Program-made: the position numbers and the translations under genes | The notes under the pieces: generated by a model | Seen by the model: the letters and a program-made list of their open reading frames with translations, nothing else | The model's database searches: none | Told to the model about the DNA's origin: nothing | IMG/VR virus record: IMGVR_UViG_3300020531_000001 | Location: 62,001-126,000 of that record | DNA length: 64,000 nucleotides | Source of the DNA: an uncultured virus (IMG/VR IMGVR_UViG_3300020531_000001) | Lineage: Duplodnaviria; Heunggongvirae; Uroviricota; Caudoviricetes | Reading direction: 5' to 3' (one strand) | Part shown: positions 39,382 through 48,097 of the stretch, one piece after another | How positions within the stretch are numbered: position 1 is the first letter of the stretch | Layout of the letters: each line of letters begins with the position of its first letter

Positions 39382-41716
39382 TTAGAAGTTTTTAAAGTCG
39401 TGATCTGGGAAAATCTCTTTGATTTGTTCATGAAGGAGGCGTTGAAACTGTAGGAACTTATCTGTCAACTCCCAAAGATTATCCTTGCCAAGTTTTTCAT
39501 AAGCAATATTAACTTCATTGATTAGTTCATGACCACAGGAATCAAGAACAGATTCCATGTCTTCAAAGTTTGGTGCAAGTATTTTCATATATTCTTTCAC
39601 TTGTGTTAGTTTATTTTAGTTTCTTATTAATCACCAAGATGAAGTATAAAACAATCGTTCTTTATCCCAGTTGGTGTTGTCAATAAGATTAGAAATTTCA
39701 TCAATTGCTTTTTCAATACGTTCCCAATAGTATTCATCAACATCAGTTGATCCAAAAAAGAAACCAGAAACTGGCATCATTTCAGAAGGATCATTTTCTG
39801 ATTTTGTATTCAGTAATGTTTCCAGCAAATCAATTAAAACATCTTTGTCTAGTTCATAATGTGCGCAGTTGTCGATTCCTACTTGAACATGTGTGACAAA
39901 CCAATTATGAAGCGCATTAAATTTGCGCCAATAGGCCACCTGATGAAAGATAGTATAATAGTCTTTAAAAGTATCTGGATATGGTTGATCTAATGGCAAA
40001 AACTCTACGATTTTTGGATCGTTTGGATTGGGTTCCCTGTCGAGTTCGTGCAATTCGTCGATGGTGTGTTTGGTCTTTTTGACCTTAAAGATATACATGT
40101 CTAGTCCCATGGCTTTATTCTATTTTAGTTTTTTATTAGTATCGAAATTCAGTTTCATCAACTGCATCTTTCATTAGTTGTCGAAACAACACACGCCAAG
40201 ACCTTTCGTTTAGAATTTCCATTCTTTGTTTATTGATTATTACTTTGCTTTCTTCAAGTTGATCTTTATAAGAAGCTACTTTCTTTTCGAGATATTTGAT
40301 TCTGTTTTCAGTTTTTTTAGTATCACTCATAAGAAAATGTTTTTACTACTCTGTTTGGATTTTTCATAAGTTTCATAACCATATCTTCTGCGGCTTCCGC
40401 TGTCGCCCAAATTCCATAATCAAAATCTGTAATCCAAAAACAAAGAAACTTAAATTGAATTGCATAGTATATTCTAGCAGTTCGATTGTCTATGCGTTCT
40501 ACAATTCTATATTGTTCACTCATTGTTTTCTAGAGTTCCTTACTTCAGCTGTATTGTACTTTCCACAAGTTCTGTCACATACAGAGATGGATTCTTGCCT
40601 GTTTCTAGTTTCGTTTCATACCAATCTTCAGCAACTTCTCGATCATCAAATTCTTGTTCTTTTCGCTCTGAATCAAAAGTCCAAGTGAGAATATACTTTA
40701 CAACCCTATTGTTTTTAACTTTCGTCATAATTTGCTTCAAGAGTATCAGTATGAACTACATCCTTCATTAGTTTTTGAAAGTTTCTTCGCCATTCTTGTT
40801 CATAATACAGAATGTGTTTTGCTTATGTATTTCAGCATTAGCAACCAGTAAATCATCTTTCAAATCGTCTATCTTTCCTTGAAGACGTTTAATTTTTGCT
40901 TCGTGTTTTTTATCGTCGTTCATACCTAATTATATCAGTGTTCCTTAATACCAAAGATCATCATCACTAGCTTTATAGATGATATAGCATACTGCAAATG
41001 TTGCCAGAGATGCTAAAACTATTATTGCTATCCACATAATGATTATAGCCATACTCATAATTTAATAGTTCATTTTTGGTTGAGGGTCGTTTGTCCAAAC
41101 AACTTCTTTTCTCTTTTTCTTAGGCTGCATCAACTTATCGATGATTGCCAAAGCTTCTTCTTTAGAATTAAACCAACTTTTATAATTAGCAACATCGTCA
41201 ATGCCAAATATAAAGGAGTTATTAAGTATGTCAAACCAGAAGCAGAGAACCTTTCTCTCTACATGATAGATCTCTTTGCTATCAACTCCTAACCTCCTTT
41301 TAATTATTCGATACGTTGCCATAATTTTAGTCTTTGTCACTATAAGCCTCAGCTAGTTTCTTTGCCGCAAGAGCATACACCTCAAAGAAAGTTTCACGAT
41401 CTTCTAGTGATAGATCTAACACTCGCTCACCTACAGTCTCTAAGAATGTGTCTTCTTCTTTAGTGCTATAGGTAAGATCAGCAATCACTATAATATTCTC
41501 TTTGCCTTCAAAGCAGTTCTTGTGAATGCTACACATATTTTTTCTGACATAATCTCCATCATTCTCCCACCCAAGAACATCAATATATTCTTGCAATTTA
41601 CCGTATTTACCATTAGGAAAGTACTTAACAATAACCAGTCTATTGTCTACATCCTCTGGAGGTTTACCAATATAGGTCGGAGGTTGTGCGCCAATGTTGT
41701 CAATTCTGATCTTCAT
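39382..41716 (-). CDS. Cluster of small hypothetical genes, including an MGLDMY-start protein (39631-40110)
   Basis: MGLDMY...YWRKFNALHNWF...GFFFGS...YTSSW; others 39382-39600, 40136-40330, 40323-40523, 40540-40740, 41062-41340, 41327-41716. Confidence 0.65.
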
Positions 41717-41750
41717 GATGTGTTTTATATTTTAGTTTTTTATTAATAGA

Positions 41751-41837
41751 TGGTAGCCACGGTCGGGGTCGAACCGACAAGCCGATTAGGGCAACGGATT
41801 TTAAGTCCGCAGTGTTTACCAATTTCACCACGTGGCC
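41751..41837 (-). tRNA. tRNA-Leu(UAA)
   Basis: GCGGA-CTTAAAA-TCCGT arm, long variable arm, GGTTCGACCCC, CCA. Confidence 0.92.
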
Positions 41838-41842
41838 ATTTA

Positions 41843-42070
41843 TTATTGTTTATTCATCCAATCAATTACATCATGCAAACCTTCAGATTTATTACCATCT
41901 CCATAACTGCAGAAATGTTTTCCTGTGGTTTTTTTACCATGCCAAGGATGTTGATCGGTTTTGGTGTTTTGCCAAGTATAGATTTGACCATAAGGTTCAT
42001 TGTCTTTAGAAACATTGATGAATGTTTTGTTGTTTGAACCTTTCAAACGCTTGCTGTAAGTGAGTCGCAT
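41843..42070 (-). CDS. Hypothetical protein
   Basis: Own promoter motif near 42086. Confidence 0.6.
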   Translation of the reverse strand: MRLTYSKRLKGSNNKTFINVSKDNEPYGQIYTWQNTKTDQHPWHGKKTTGKHFCSYGDGNKSEGLHDVIDWMNKQ

Positions 42071-42091
42071 GTCAGTATGTTAATCTAGTTT

Positions 42092-42727
42092 CTAATTAAT
42101 GCAATAGAATTTTTTATAAACAATTTTCTCTAAACCAAAGTTATTAAGATTTGGAAGTATTGAATTTCTAATAAAGTTTCTTCTGTATTTGGTATCATTG
42201 TTTGTAGGATCTTCTACAACAAATTCCCAAAGGTTATTATTATCAATGTAGTCTTTTATATTCGACTTTTTTGTTTTCAAAAAAGGACGAATCATTTTAT
42301 GATTATTATTATGAAATTTAGTTGCGATTGGAATGGGTGTGTATTCTGGACAACCTTTTAATGTATTCATCAAATATGATTCAACAGCATCATTGAGATG
42401 ATGACACACAATAATATCTTTGTTTAGACTAGAAAAAAATTTAAGTCTTTCTTTTCTAAGATGATCTTCAATTCCATGTTTGACATTATCATTAAAGTTA
42501 GTTCTTTTACCCAAGACTAATTTGATATTATGTTGCGAGCAAAATCTTTCAACAACTCTCTGCATTTTTGCATTTGTTGATTGGAAGTTATGATTGAAGT
42601 GACAGGCAGATACTTTATCTTTGTATAACCTTGATAGCAAGTGTAAACATGCTATAGAATCAATTCCTCCACTTACAGCAACACAAAAATCTTCTTTAGG
42701 AATTAATGATCTATCAAGTCTAATCAT
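42092..42727 (-). CDS. tilS: tRNA(Ile)-lysidine synthetase, catalytic domain only
   Basis: AVSGGIDS PP-loop, HFNHN, CHHLNDAVESYLMN, IRPFL, EDPTN..Y.RNFIR. Confidence 0.9.
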   Translation of the reverse strand: MIRLDRSLIPKEDFCVAVSGGIDSIACLHLLSRLYKDKVSACHFNHNFQSTNAKMQRVVERFCSQHNIKLVLGKRTNFNDNVKHGIEDHLRKERLKFFSSLNKDIIVCHHLNDAVESYLMNTLKGCPEYTPIPIATKFHNNNHKMIRPFLKTKKSNIKDYIDNNNLWEFVVEDPTNNDTKYRRNFIRNSILPNLNNFGLEKIVYKKFYCIN

Positions 42728-42928
42728 ATCAATACATGTTTCCGCTGAACATGTTGCCTTTGGATACATATGTTCCATCAACCTTAGTCAATGTATTACT
42801 ATTTCCATAAAGACTACGAGAAACAATAACACCTCGACTTGAAGGTTTCTTAAACGATTCTGATCTCCAACTGCTTTTGATTACTTTGATAGGTGCTTTG
42901 AATTTGTTTGACATGGCTTTATAATATC

Positions 42929-43606
42929 TTAGTTTTTTATTAGTTTCCAACCACATTTAGTCTGTAGTTGTCTTCCTTGTTTTAAATGATTGAATGCACC
43001 TATAGATAATCCTGTTTTTTTAGACATATCTGTCAAAGATAATTCCAATGTTTCTAAAGTATACACATTAAACCATTTAATTTTATTGAGTTCGTTTTTT
43101 GTTAAACTCATTTTATTTTTAGAATCTTCTTTGTGTGTATAAGATGGTCTGACATATCCTTTTTGTTTTTTTATCTGCCAACTTTTTTTAGCCCAAGCAC
43201 TCCTATTTTCTGTTGTAGCTTTTACCATGTTATTTAAATTTTTATTATTATGCCAATATGTTTTTAAAGATTTTGATATTTTTAATTTAGTTTCTTCTGA
43301 TGGTATACCACCATTACCACCCTCTGTTAGATTATAACCATTAGGAGAAATAGTATTGTGGTTATTTATATAATAAATTTCTTTATCGCAACACTCTTTA
43401 ATTGAATTACAAGTTTCTAAAACTTCCCAATCAAAGTTATCAATACCATACTTACGTATTGCTTGTTTAAAAAGATAAAAATAATGTTTATTAGAAGGTG
43501 AATTTGCTTTACATAAATGCGCTTTCTTTCTTTCTTCTAAAGTTTTTGTAGTATATCCTATATACTGTTTTCCATTAATTTTATTAGTAACCATATATAC
43601 AATCAT
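42929..43606 (-). CDS. GIY-YIG homing endonuclease (Seg-like) with NUMOD3-type motifs
   Basis: IVYMVTNKINGKQYIGYT...R...H; GYNLTEGG; SEETKLKISKS; late promoter. Confidence 0.9.
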   Translation of the reverse strand: MIVYMVTNKINGKQYIGYTTKTLEERKKAHLCKANSPSNKHYFYLFKQAIRKYGIDNFDWEVLETCNSIKECCDKEIYYINNHNTISPNGYNLTEGGNGGIPSEETKLKISKSLKTYWHNNKNLNNMVKATTENRSAWAKKSWQIKKQKGYVRPSYTHKEDSKNKMSLTKNELNKIKWFNVYTLETLELSLTDMSKKTGLSIGAFNHLKQGRQLQTKCGWKLIKN

Positions 43607-43879
43607 GCTATATTATTTAGCACAAAAATATAAAAAATAATATAGAGGTTGTTTATTTTAAACATCTGATTGTTATAATCTAGTTTTTATTTGATAACAA
43701 TCACCTCCCTTGCTTGGCATATTTTTTCTTGTAATTTTTTGAATTCTTCAAACGGGAAGATTTCGTTTTGGCATGAATTCCTTTTCTCTTAATTCTGTTG
43801 TCGTTTTTTGTTGTTTTAGTTTTCATAAAGTTATTATATCATTAAAGTTTTAATATGCAAATGTTTTTTATTATAAAGG

Positions 43880-43954
43880 TGGAGCCGATTGTCAGATTCG
43901 AACCAACGACCTACTCATTACAAATGAGTTGCACTACCACTGTGCTAAATCGGC
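43880..43954 (-). tRNA. tRNA-Thr(UGU)
   Basis: GCCGATT acceptor; ACTCA-TTTGTAA-TGAGT; CCA. Confidence 0.92.
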
Positions 43955-43960
43955 TAAAAA

Positions 43961-44036
43961 TGGCTCCAAAGGTTGGGATCGAACCAACGACCTAGAAGTT
44001 AACAGCTTCCCGCTCGTTCCACTGAGCTACTTTGGA
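43961..44036 (-). tRNA. tRNA-Asn(GUU)
   Basis: TCCAAAG acceptor; GAAG-CTGTTAA-CTTC; GCCA end. Confidence 0.92.
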
Positions 44037-44047
44037 GTTAAAAATAC

Positions 44048-44185
44048 TTTCTATTGCTGAAGAAGCTTTGGTCTTAAAGACACCACTCGTTTATCCTTCT
44101 GTCACTTTTCTGCTAGTAGAGGCTCGTCGGAGATTTCCAATCTGCTTTCCCAACATACTTCGGGCGATAAAGACCACAATAGAAA
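44048..44185 (-). ncRNA. Unassigned structured RNA (~138 nt)
   Basis: Nested stems TTTCTATTG/CAATAGAAA, TGGTCTT/AAGACCA, TATCGC/GTGGTG, GTTGG/CCGAC, AGATT/AATCT. Confidence 0.55.
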
Positions 44186-44192
44186 AAAGAAA

Positions 44193-45371
44193 TTATATAT
44201 CATCTATTACTTGTAATGGAAAATATCCAGATTTATGATTAAAATTTGGATACATTTTTACCATTATTCTTGTAATTGGCAGTCCGTCTGTTTTTATTTT
44301 ACCCTTTTCACCATATATTTTTAAATGTTTGTGACAAACTAATAAATCTCTTTTAAAATCACTTAATTTGACCATCTGACCATTTTCAAACTTTACAATT
44401 TTTTGACCATCGAGAATTTCACCATACATTTTGTCGTCATATTGATGTATTTCATTAAACTCTGTATTGAATATATACCCATCCCCTGGAATAATAGTGT
44501 ATATATCATTCTTTTGCATGTTTTCTAGCAGTTTTAATGTCTCATATTGAGACATTTTTTCTTCTAACAGTGGGATAATGTTGGCTGTTCCGTTTGAATT
44601 TGTAGTGTAATAATACATTGAGATATTTTTAGGTAAATTCAGATATTTAACATAATTCAAAGCTCTATTTTTATCTATTTTATTTTTATTTTTTGCTATA
44701 TCTTCAAAGTTTAAGTTTTTAAGATATTCATATTCATGAATAAAACTTATTTTTCTAGCTTTAATATCCATATAACTATTCAAAAGTTTAGGAATATCTG
44801 TATTGTAAAATGTATGCATTTTTTCATTTCCTACTATTTTATAAAGATCATGTATACTGCTGTGTTTAATATTACTAACATCTACACTGTATTCATATTC
44901 ACCAGATCTTGTTTTTGGATATAAAAAAATAAAACGTTCTCCGTGCTCATCATCTACTTCTTCTATATAAATTAATTTGTTTATTTTAGATTCAATATTT
45001 TTTAATTTTATATTAATAGTTTTTAATATATTATTTATGCGCTCATCTAAATATTTTTTTCTTTTTTTATATTCTTCGATTTTATTGTCGTCTAAATCAT
45101 AATCATCTTCTCTAAAATCATCTATTCCGATTAATATAGCCGTTGGTTTTTTATTTAAATGTTGTAATACTATACCTTCATTTGAATTATATTCTTTGGT
45201 CTTATATTTTATAGATTTATTATCATACATTAAAGTTATTCCATAACCAGTGAATGATTGATTTGGTAATCTTGAATCTATGCTCACATTGGTTCCTCTG
45301 CGCAACCCATTTTTTAAAATAAATTCTAAGTCATCTTCATTACGTAATGTATGTATGATACCATCAATCAT
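44193..45371 (-). CDS. AT-rich late protein with possible N-terminal ADP-ribosyltransferase-like domain
   Basis: IIHT...ILKNGLR..TNVS...NEGIV; TAAATA 6 nt upstream. Confidence 0.5.
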   Translation of the reverse strand: MIDGIIHTLRNEDDLEFILKNGLRRGTNVSIDSRLPNQSFTGYGITLMYDNKSIKYKTKEYNSNEGIVLQHLNKKPTAILIGIDDFREDDYDLDDNKIEEYKKRKKYLDERINNILKTINIKLKNIESKINKLIYIEEVDDEHGERFIFLYPKTRSGEYEYSVDVSNIKHSSIHDLYKIVGNEKMHTFYNTDIPKLLNSYMDIKARKISFIHEYEYLKNLNFEDIAKNKNKIDKNRALNYVKYLNLPKNISMYYYTTNSNGTANIIPLLEEKMSQYETLKLLENMQKNDIYTIIPGDGYIFNTEFNEIHQYDDKMYGEILDGQKIVKFENGQMVKLSDFKRDLLVCHKHLKIYGEKGKIKTDGLPITRIMVKMYPNFNHKSGYFPLQVIDDI

Positions 45372-45511
45372 TGTTTTTATTTAATAAAGCACAATAGAAA
45401 AACATAGAAAATGATTTGCCCATAGCATTTCGGCCTACGACTCATCAAGGGCTGTGACTATCTAGGGAACCGCTCCTAGCAACGTCATACTTTATCGCGC
45501 ATGAATACGAA

Positions 45512-45582
45512 TTGCGAGGGGAAGGAATTTAACCTTCACTCTAGACTATGGGCCTAGCGATCTCCGTATGATCCCTCTCGCA
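45512..45582 (-). pseudogene. Degenerate tRNA-Met(CAU)-like cloverleaf
   Basis: TGCGAG acceptor, GATC D-stem, CTAGG-CCCATAG-TCTAG, GAAGG-TTAAATT-CCTTC; lacks U33, TTC and CCA. Confidence 0.6.
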
Positions 45583-45587
45583 AAGTG

Positions 45588-45780
45588 TTTTCCCCACTAC
45601 CGAATAATTAACCAAGCGGAGCTTTGATCAATTTGAAGAAACACAGTGACTATTTCATCTTGGTAGCGACTCCAAGCCTACTTTAATTTATGTCGGATTA
45701 CGTTTGTCATCATCGGGTTGCTAACCCGCTCTCTGTCAACTCGCTCATTGTAGTGTCTTTGCCTACAATGGCAGGGAAAA
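45588..45780 (-). ncRNA. Unassigned structured RNA (~190 nt)
   Basis: Closing TTTTCCC/GGGAAAA; hairpins CATTGTAG/CTACAATG, CGGGT/ACCCG, CTTGG/CCAAG. Confidence 0.5.
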
Positions 45781-45784
45781 AATG

Positions 45785-45887
45785 ATGGGGTTATTCTCAT
45801 ATCATTATTAAAACCGTGCGCTGTTTAGTATGCATCCATCAAGCGTAGAGGGTATGAGGAGAATAAAGTCGCTAAACTCTGCCCCAT
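45785..45887 (-). ncRNA. Unassigned structured RNA (~100 nt)
   Basis: ATGGGG/CCCCAT closing stem; TTATTCTC/GAGAATAA and CTCATA/TATGAG pairings. Confidence 0.45.
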
Positions 45888-45905
45888 TGAAAATTATTAA
45901 CTGTT

Positions 45906-46328
45906 TTATGAAAACAGCCACTGCCAATCTTCTGGCATGTCAGAAATATTTAAAACTTTAGCTTTTATTTTAGTTATTTTATTTGTAATTGCTTTTTGAA
46001 GTCTGTGATGCCCATCTAAAATTGACTGCTTTCCGTTGTTTTTATTTAAAATTAAAATTGGATAGTCAAGATTAGCTTTTTGAATATTAGCTAATGTTTC
46101 GGGATCAGTTTTAGTTTGGTGAAGAGCTAAAGGCTTAAGACTATCAACATTTATTTCTGATATAGGCATATCCTTAGAAAAAGCAAACAAATCACTAATA
46201 GTTACTTTAACTAATTTACCGTCATTTGTTGTATCTTCCCAACTAGTCTCTTGCCAATTATCACCGTGCATGCTTTCAATAATCTTACTATATGCTTCAC
46301 TAAGTAAAATTTGATCTCTGTGTTTCAT
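45906..46328 (-). CDS. ParB/Srx-like domain late protein
   Basis: ANLDYPILI...ILDGHHRLQKA; leader MKHRDQILLSEAY. Confidence 0.75.
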   Translation of the reverse strand: MKHRDQILLSEAYSKIIESMHGDNWQETSWEDTTNDGKLVKVTISDLFAFSKDMPISEINVDSLKPLALHQTKTDPETLANIQKANLDYPILILNKNNGKQSILDGHHRLQKAITNKITKIKAKVLNISDMPEDWQWLFS

Positions 46329-46345
46329 TATTATATTTATTAGAT

Positions 46346-46420
46346 TGGTGCGGGATATCAGAGTTGAACTGATCTCTCAAGTTTGGAAAACTCACATATT
46401 AGCCGATATACGAATCCCGC
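46346..46420 (-). tRNA. tRNA-Gly(UCC)
   Basis: GCGGGAT acceptor; GAGT-TTTCCAA-ACTT; CCA. Confidence 0.85.
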
Positions 46421-46425
46421 GAAAA

Positions 46426-46511
<86 letters not shown>

Positions 46512-46522
46512 AATAATAAAAT

Positions 46523-47121
46523 TGGTGGACGCGAGGAGCATCACACTATGGTTTTCACCACCAGATTTCTCTGTTTGTGCGCTGGACTATGCCTTTACCT
46601 TAGTATTTTTACTTTAGGTAGGTGATTATAGTCTCTACACCTTCTCATTATCTGAGCTTGGCTCGGCATTGGGACGGATATTATTCCAGACCGTTCACCG
46701 AATTTACACCTTACTAACTATTCGTTTCCAAATAGCAGACCCTCATTAAGTTGAACTCCTGTCCTCTATCAACTTACATTAACCTTCAAACATGCTTATA
46801 TTGTCTCGTTAAGGTGAGACTTTCCTGTTAGGGACGACCGATTTCTCTGCCATCCTCCACCAATGTATTAGACAGAATACATACTGTTTTATTACCTGTT
46901 TTGTATCCAAGAGCAGAGCAGGTTTATCTCTTGGCGTATTTGCTTAGGCAGCTAAAGCAAGTTCGCCTTGTGGGGCGAAAACGCGATTAGCAATACCACG
47001 CACAGCGTTAACAATTCTGTTGCCGTTTATGTTTTTTTGATCAGCTTTTTAAGAGGCCAACTGATCAACCTCTACATGCTAGTTGAATGCTTATCAATAC
47101 AGTCGAAACCAGAACGCGCCC
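46523..47121 (-). ncRNA. ssrA: tmRNA interrupted by a group I intron in the T-loop
   Basis: 5' GGGCGCGTTCTGGTTTCGAC; acceptor GGGCGCG/CGCGTCC-ACCA with G3.U70; GCATG...CATG helix; tag ORF 46944-47024 ending ELALAA*; spliced T-arm AGGAG-TTCAACT-CTCCT. Confidence 0.92.
46539..46748 (-). mobile_element. Group I intron (210 nt, no ORF) in tmRNA
   Basis: AAATTCGGTGAAC, GCCGAGCCAAG, GTAGAGACTA, AAGGCATAGTCC, terminal G; removal restores a 7-nt T-loop. Confidence 0.88.
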
Positions 47122-47129
47122 GATAAAAT

Positions 47130-47207
47130 TGGTTGCGGGTTTCGGAATTGCACCGAAACTACTTCTGCTTATGAGACAGATCCAGCACTACTACTGGTTG
47201 ACCCGCG
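47130..47207 (-). tRNA. tRNA-Met(CAU), initiator-like but atypical
   Basis: C1.A72 mismatch (CGCGGGT/ACCCGCA-ACCA); TCTGT-CTCATAA-GCAGA; T-loop TGCAATT; lacks three anticodon-stem G-C pairs. Confidence 0.75.
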
Positions 47208-47218
47208 ATTGAAAATTA

Positions 47219-47331
47219 TGCCGACTAGAAAGGCGACTATAATATGTTCCCTTACTCACCCGCATACGCAGTTCTGCAAGTCATTTATATTATAGTACAG
47301 GGCATGAAGCCCTTTAACCTTAATAGCGGCA
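47219..47331 (-). ncRNA. Unassigned structured RNA (~113 nt) between tRNA-Glu and tRNA-Met
   Basis: TGCCG/CGGCA closing stem; AGGGC-ttcat-GCCCT; ACTATAATAT/ATATTATAGT 10-bp stem. Confidence 0.55.
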
Positions 47332-47334
47332 AAT

Positions 47335-47409
47335 TGGTACTTGCATGGAGAATCGAACTCCAATTGTACGGATGAAAACCGTAAGTCCTAACCGTTAGAC
47401 GATGCAAGC
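47335..47409 (-). tRNA. tRNA-Glu(UUC)
   Basis: GCTTGCA acceptor; TACGG-TTTTCAT-CCGTA; CCA. Confidence 0.92.
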
Positions 47410-47429
47410 TATAAAACTTAAATTTTTTC

Positions 47430-47533
47430 TGTCAAAGAACTTTGATTATTGATTCGCTTTCGAATCAACCATCAAGACAATCGATTCGATTGAAGTGATG
47501 CAAGAATCATAACATATTTATCTTACATGTCAA
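47430..47533 (-). promoter_or_regulatory. Sigma70-type promoter with boxB/boxA-like leader for the RNA operon
   Basis: TTGACA (47528-33), 16 nt, TATGAT (47506-11) with TG extension; hairpin 47449-47468; GTTCTTTGACA 47430-47440. Confidence 0.65.
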
Positions 47534-47689
47534 ATTAAATTTTGTCTTTCCATAATAAATACAAAGGCCAAATTAAAAAAAAGAATCCCCATAAAGTCTC
47601 ATCCATTTTTTTATGATACAAAGAATAAAACAAACCGATTGTGTGAATGACACACATAGCTTTTAAATAAAATGTAACAGCGTCCATGG

Positions 47690-48097
47690 TTATTTTCCTT
47701 TATAGACATAAAAGTCTCCATCAAAAAACCAAACTTTTCTATTTCCAACTTGTTCAAGGATGCATTCACAATTTGCACAAGGTTTTGAAATTGCTGGTTT
47801 ATCATTGTTGTCGATCCTAACATTAACAAATGTTATATCACTACAATCTTCAACTCCTAATTTAATTAAACAGGAAATTTCAGAATGGATACCTGCTGTA
47901 TAATTTGAATTAAGATCTTTTGTTGGTTCATACACACCAAATTTATGATGAGGATGAAGCTTATTGTAATTATTATATCCAATGGCAAGCATTTTATTTC
48001 CTTTAAAAGCAAACGTGGTGTGAAAACACTTACCAGTTTGTTTTGTAGGTTTTAATGCTCTTGTAATTTCTTCTAATCTTTTGAAATTAATAGCCAT
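47690..48097 (-). CDS. Cytidine/deoxycytidylate deaminase-fold protein
   Basis: IGYN, HSE, SKPCANC. Confidence 0.8.
   Translation of the reverse strand: MAINFKRLEEITRALKPTKQTGKCFHTTFAFKGNKMLAIGYNNYNKLHPHHKFGVYEPTKDLNSNYTAGIHSEISCLIKLGVEDCSDITFVNVRIDNNDKPAISKPCANCECILEQVGNRKVWFFDGDFYVYKGK

Noticed and set aside
45417..45452. Confident hammerhead ribozyme call
   Set aside because: Core has U in place of C3, stems II and III are poor and the cleavage triplet is unclear; kept only as a weak lead
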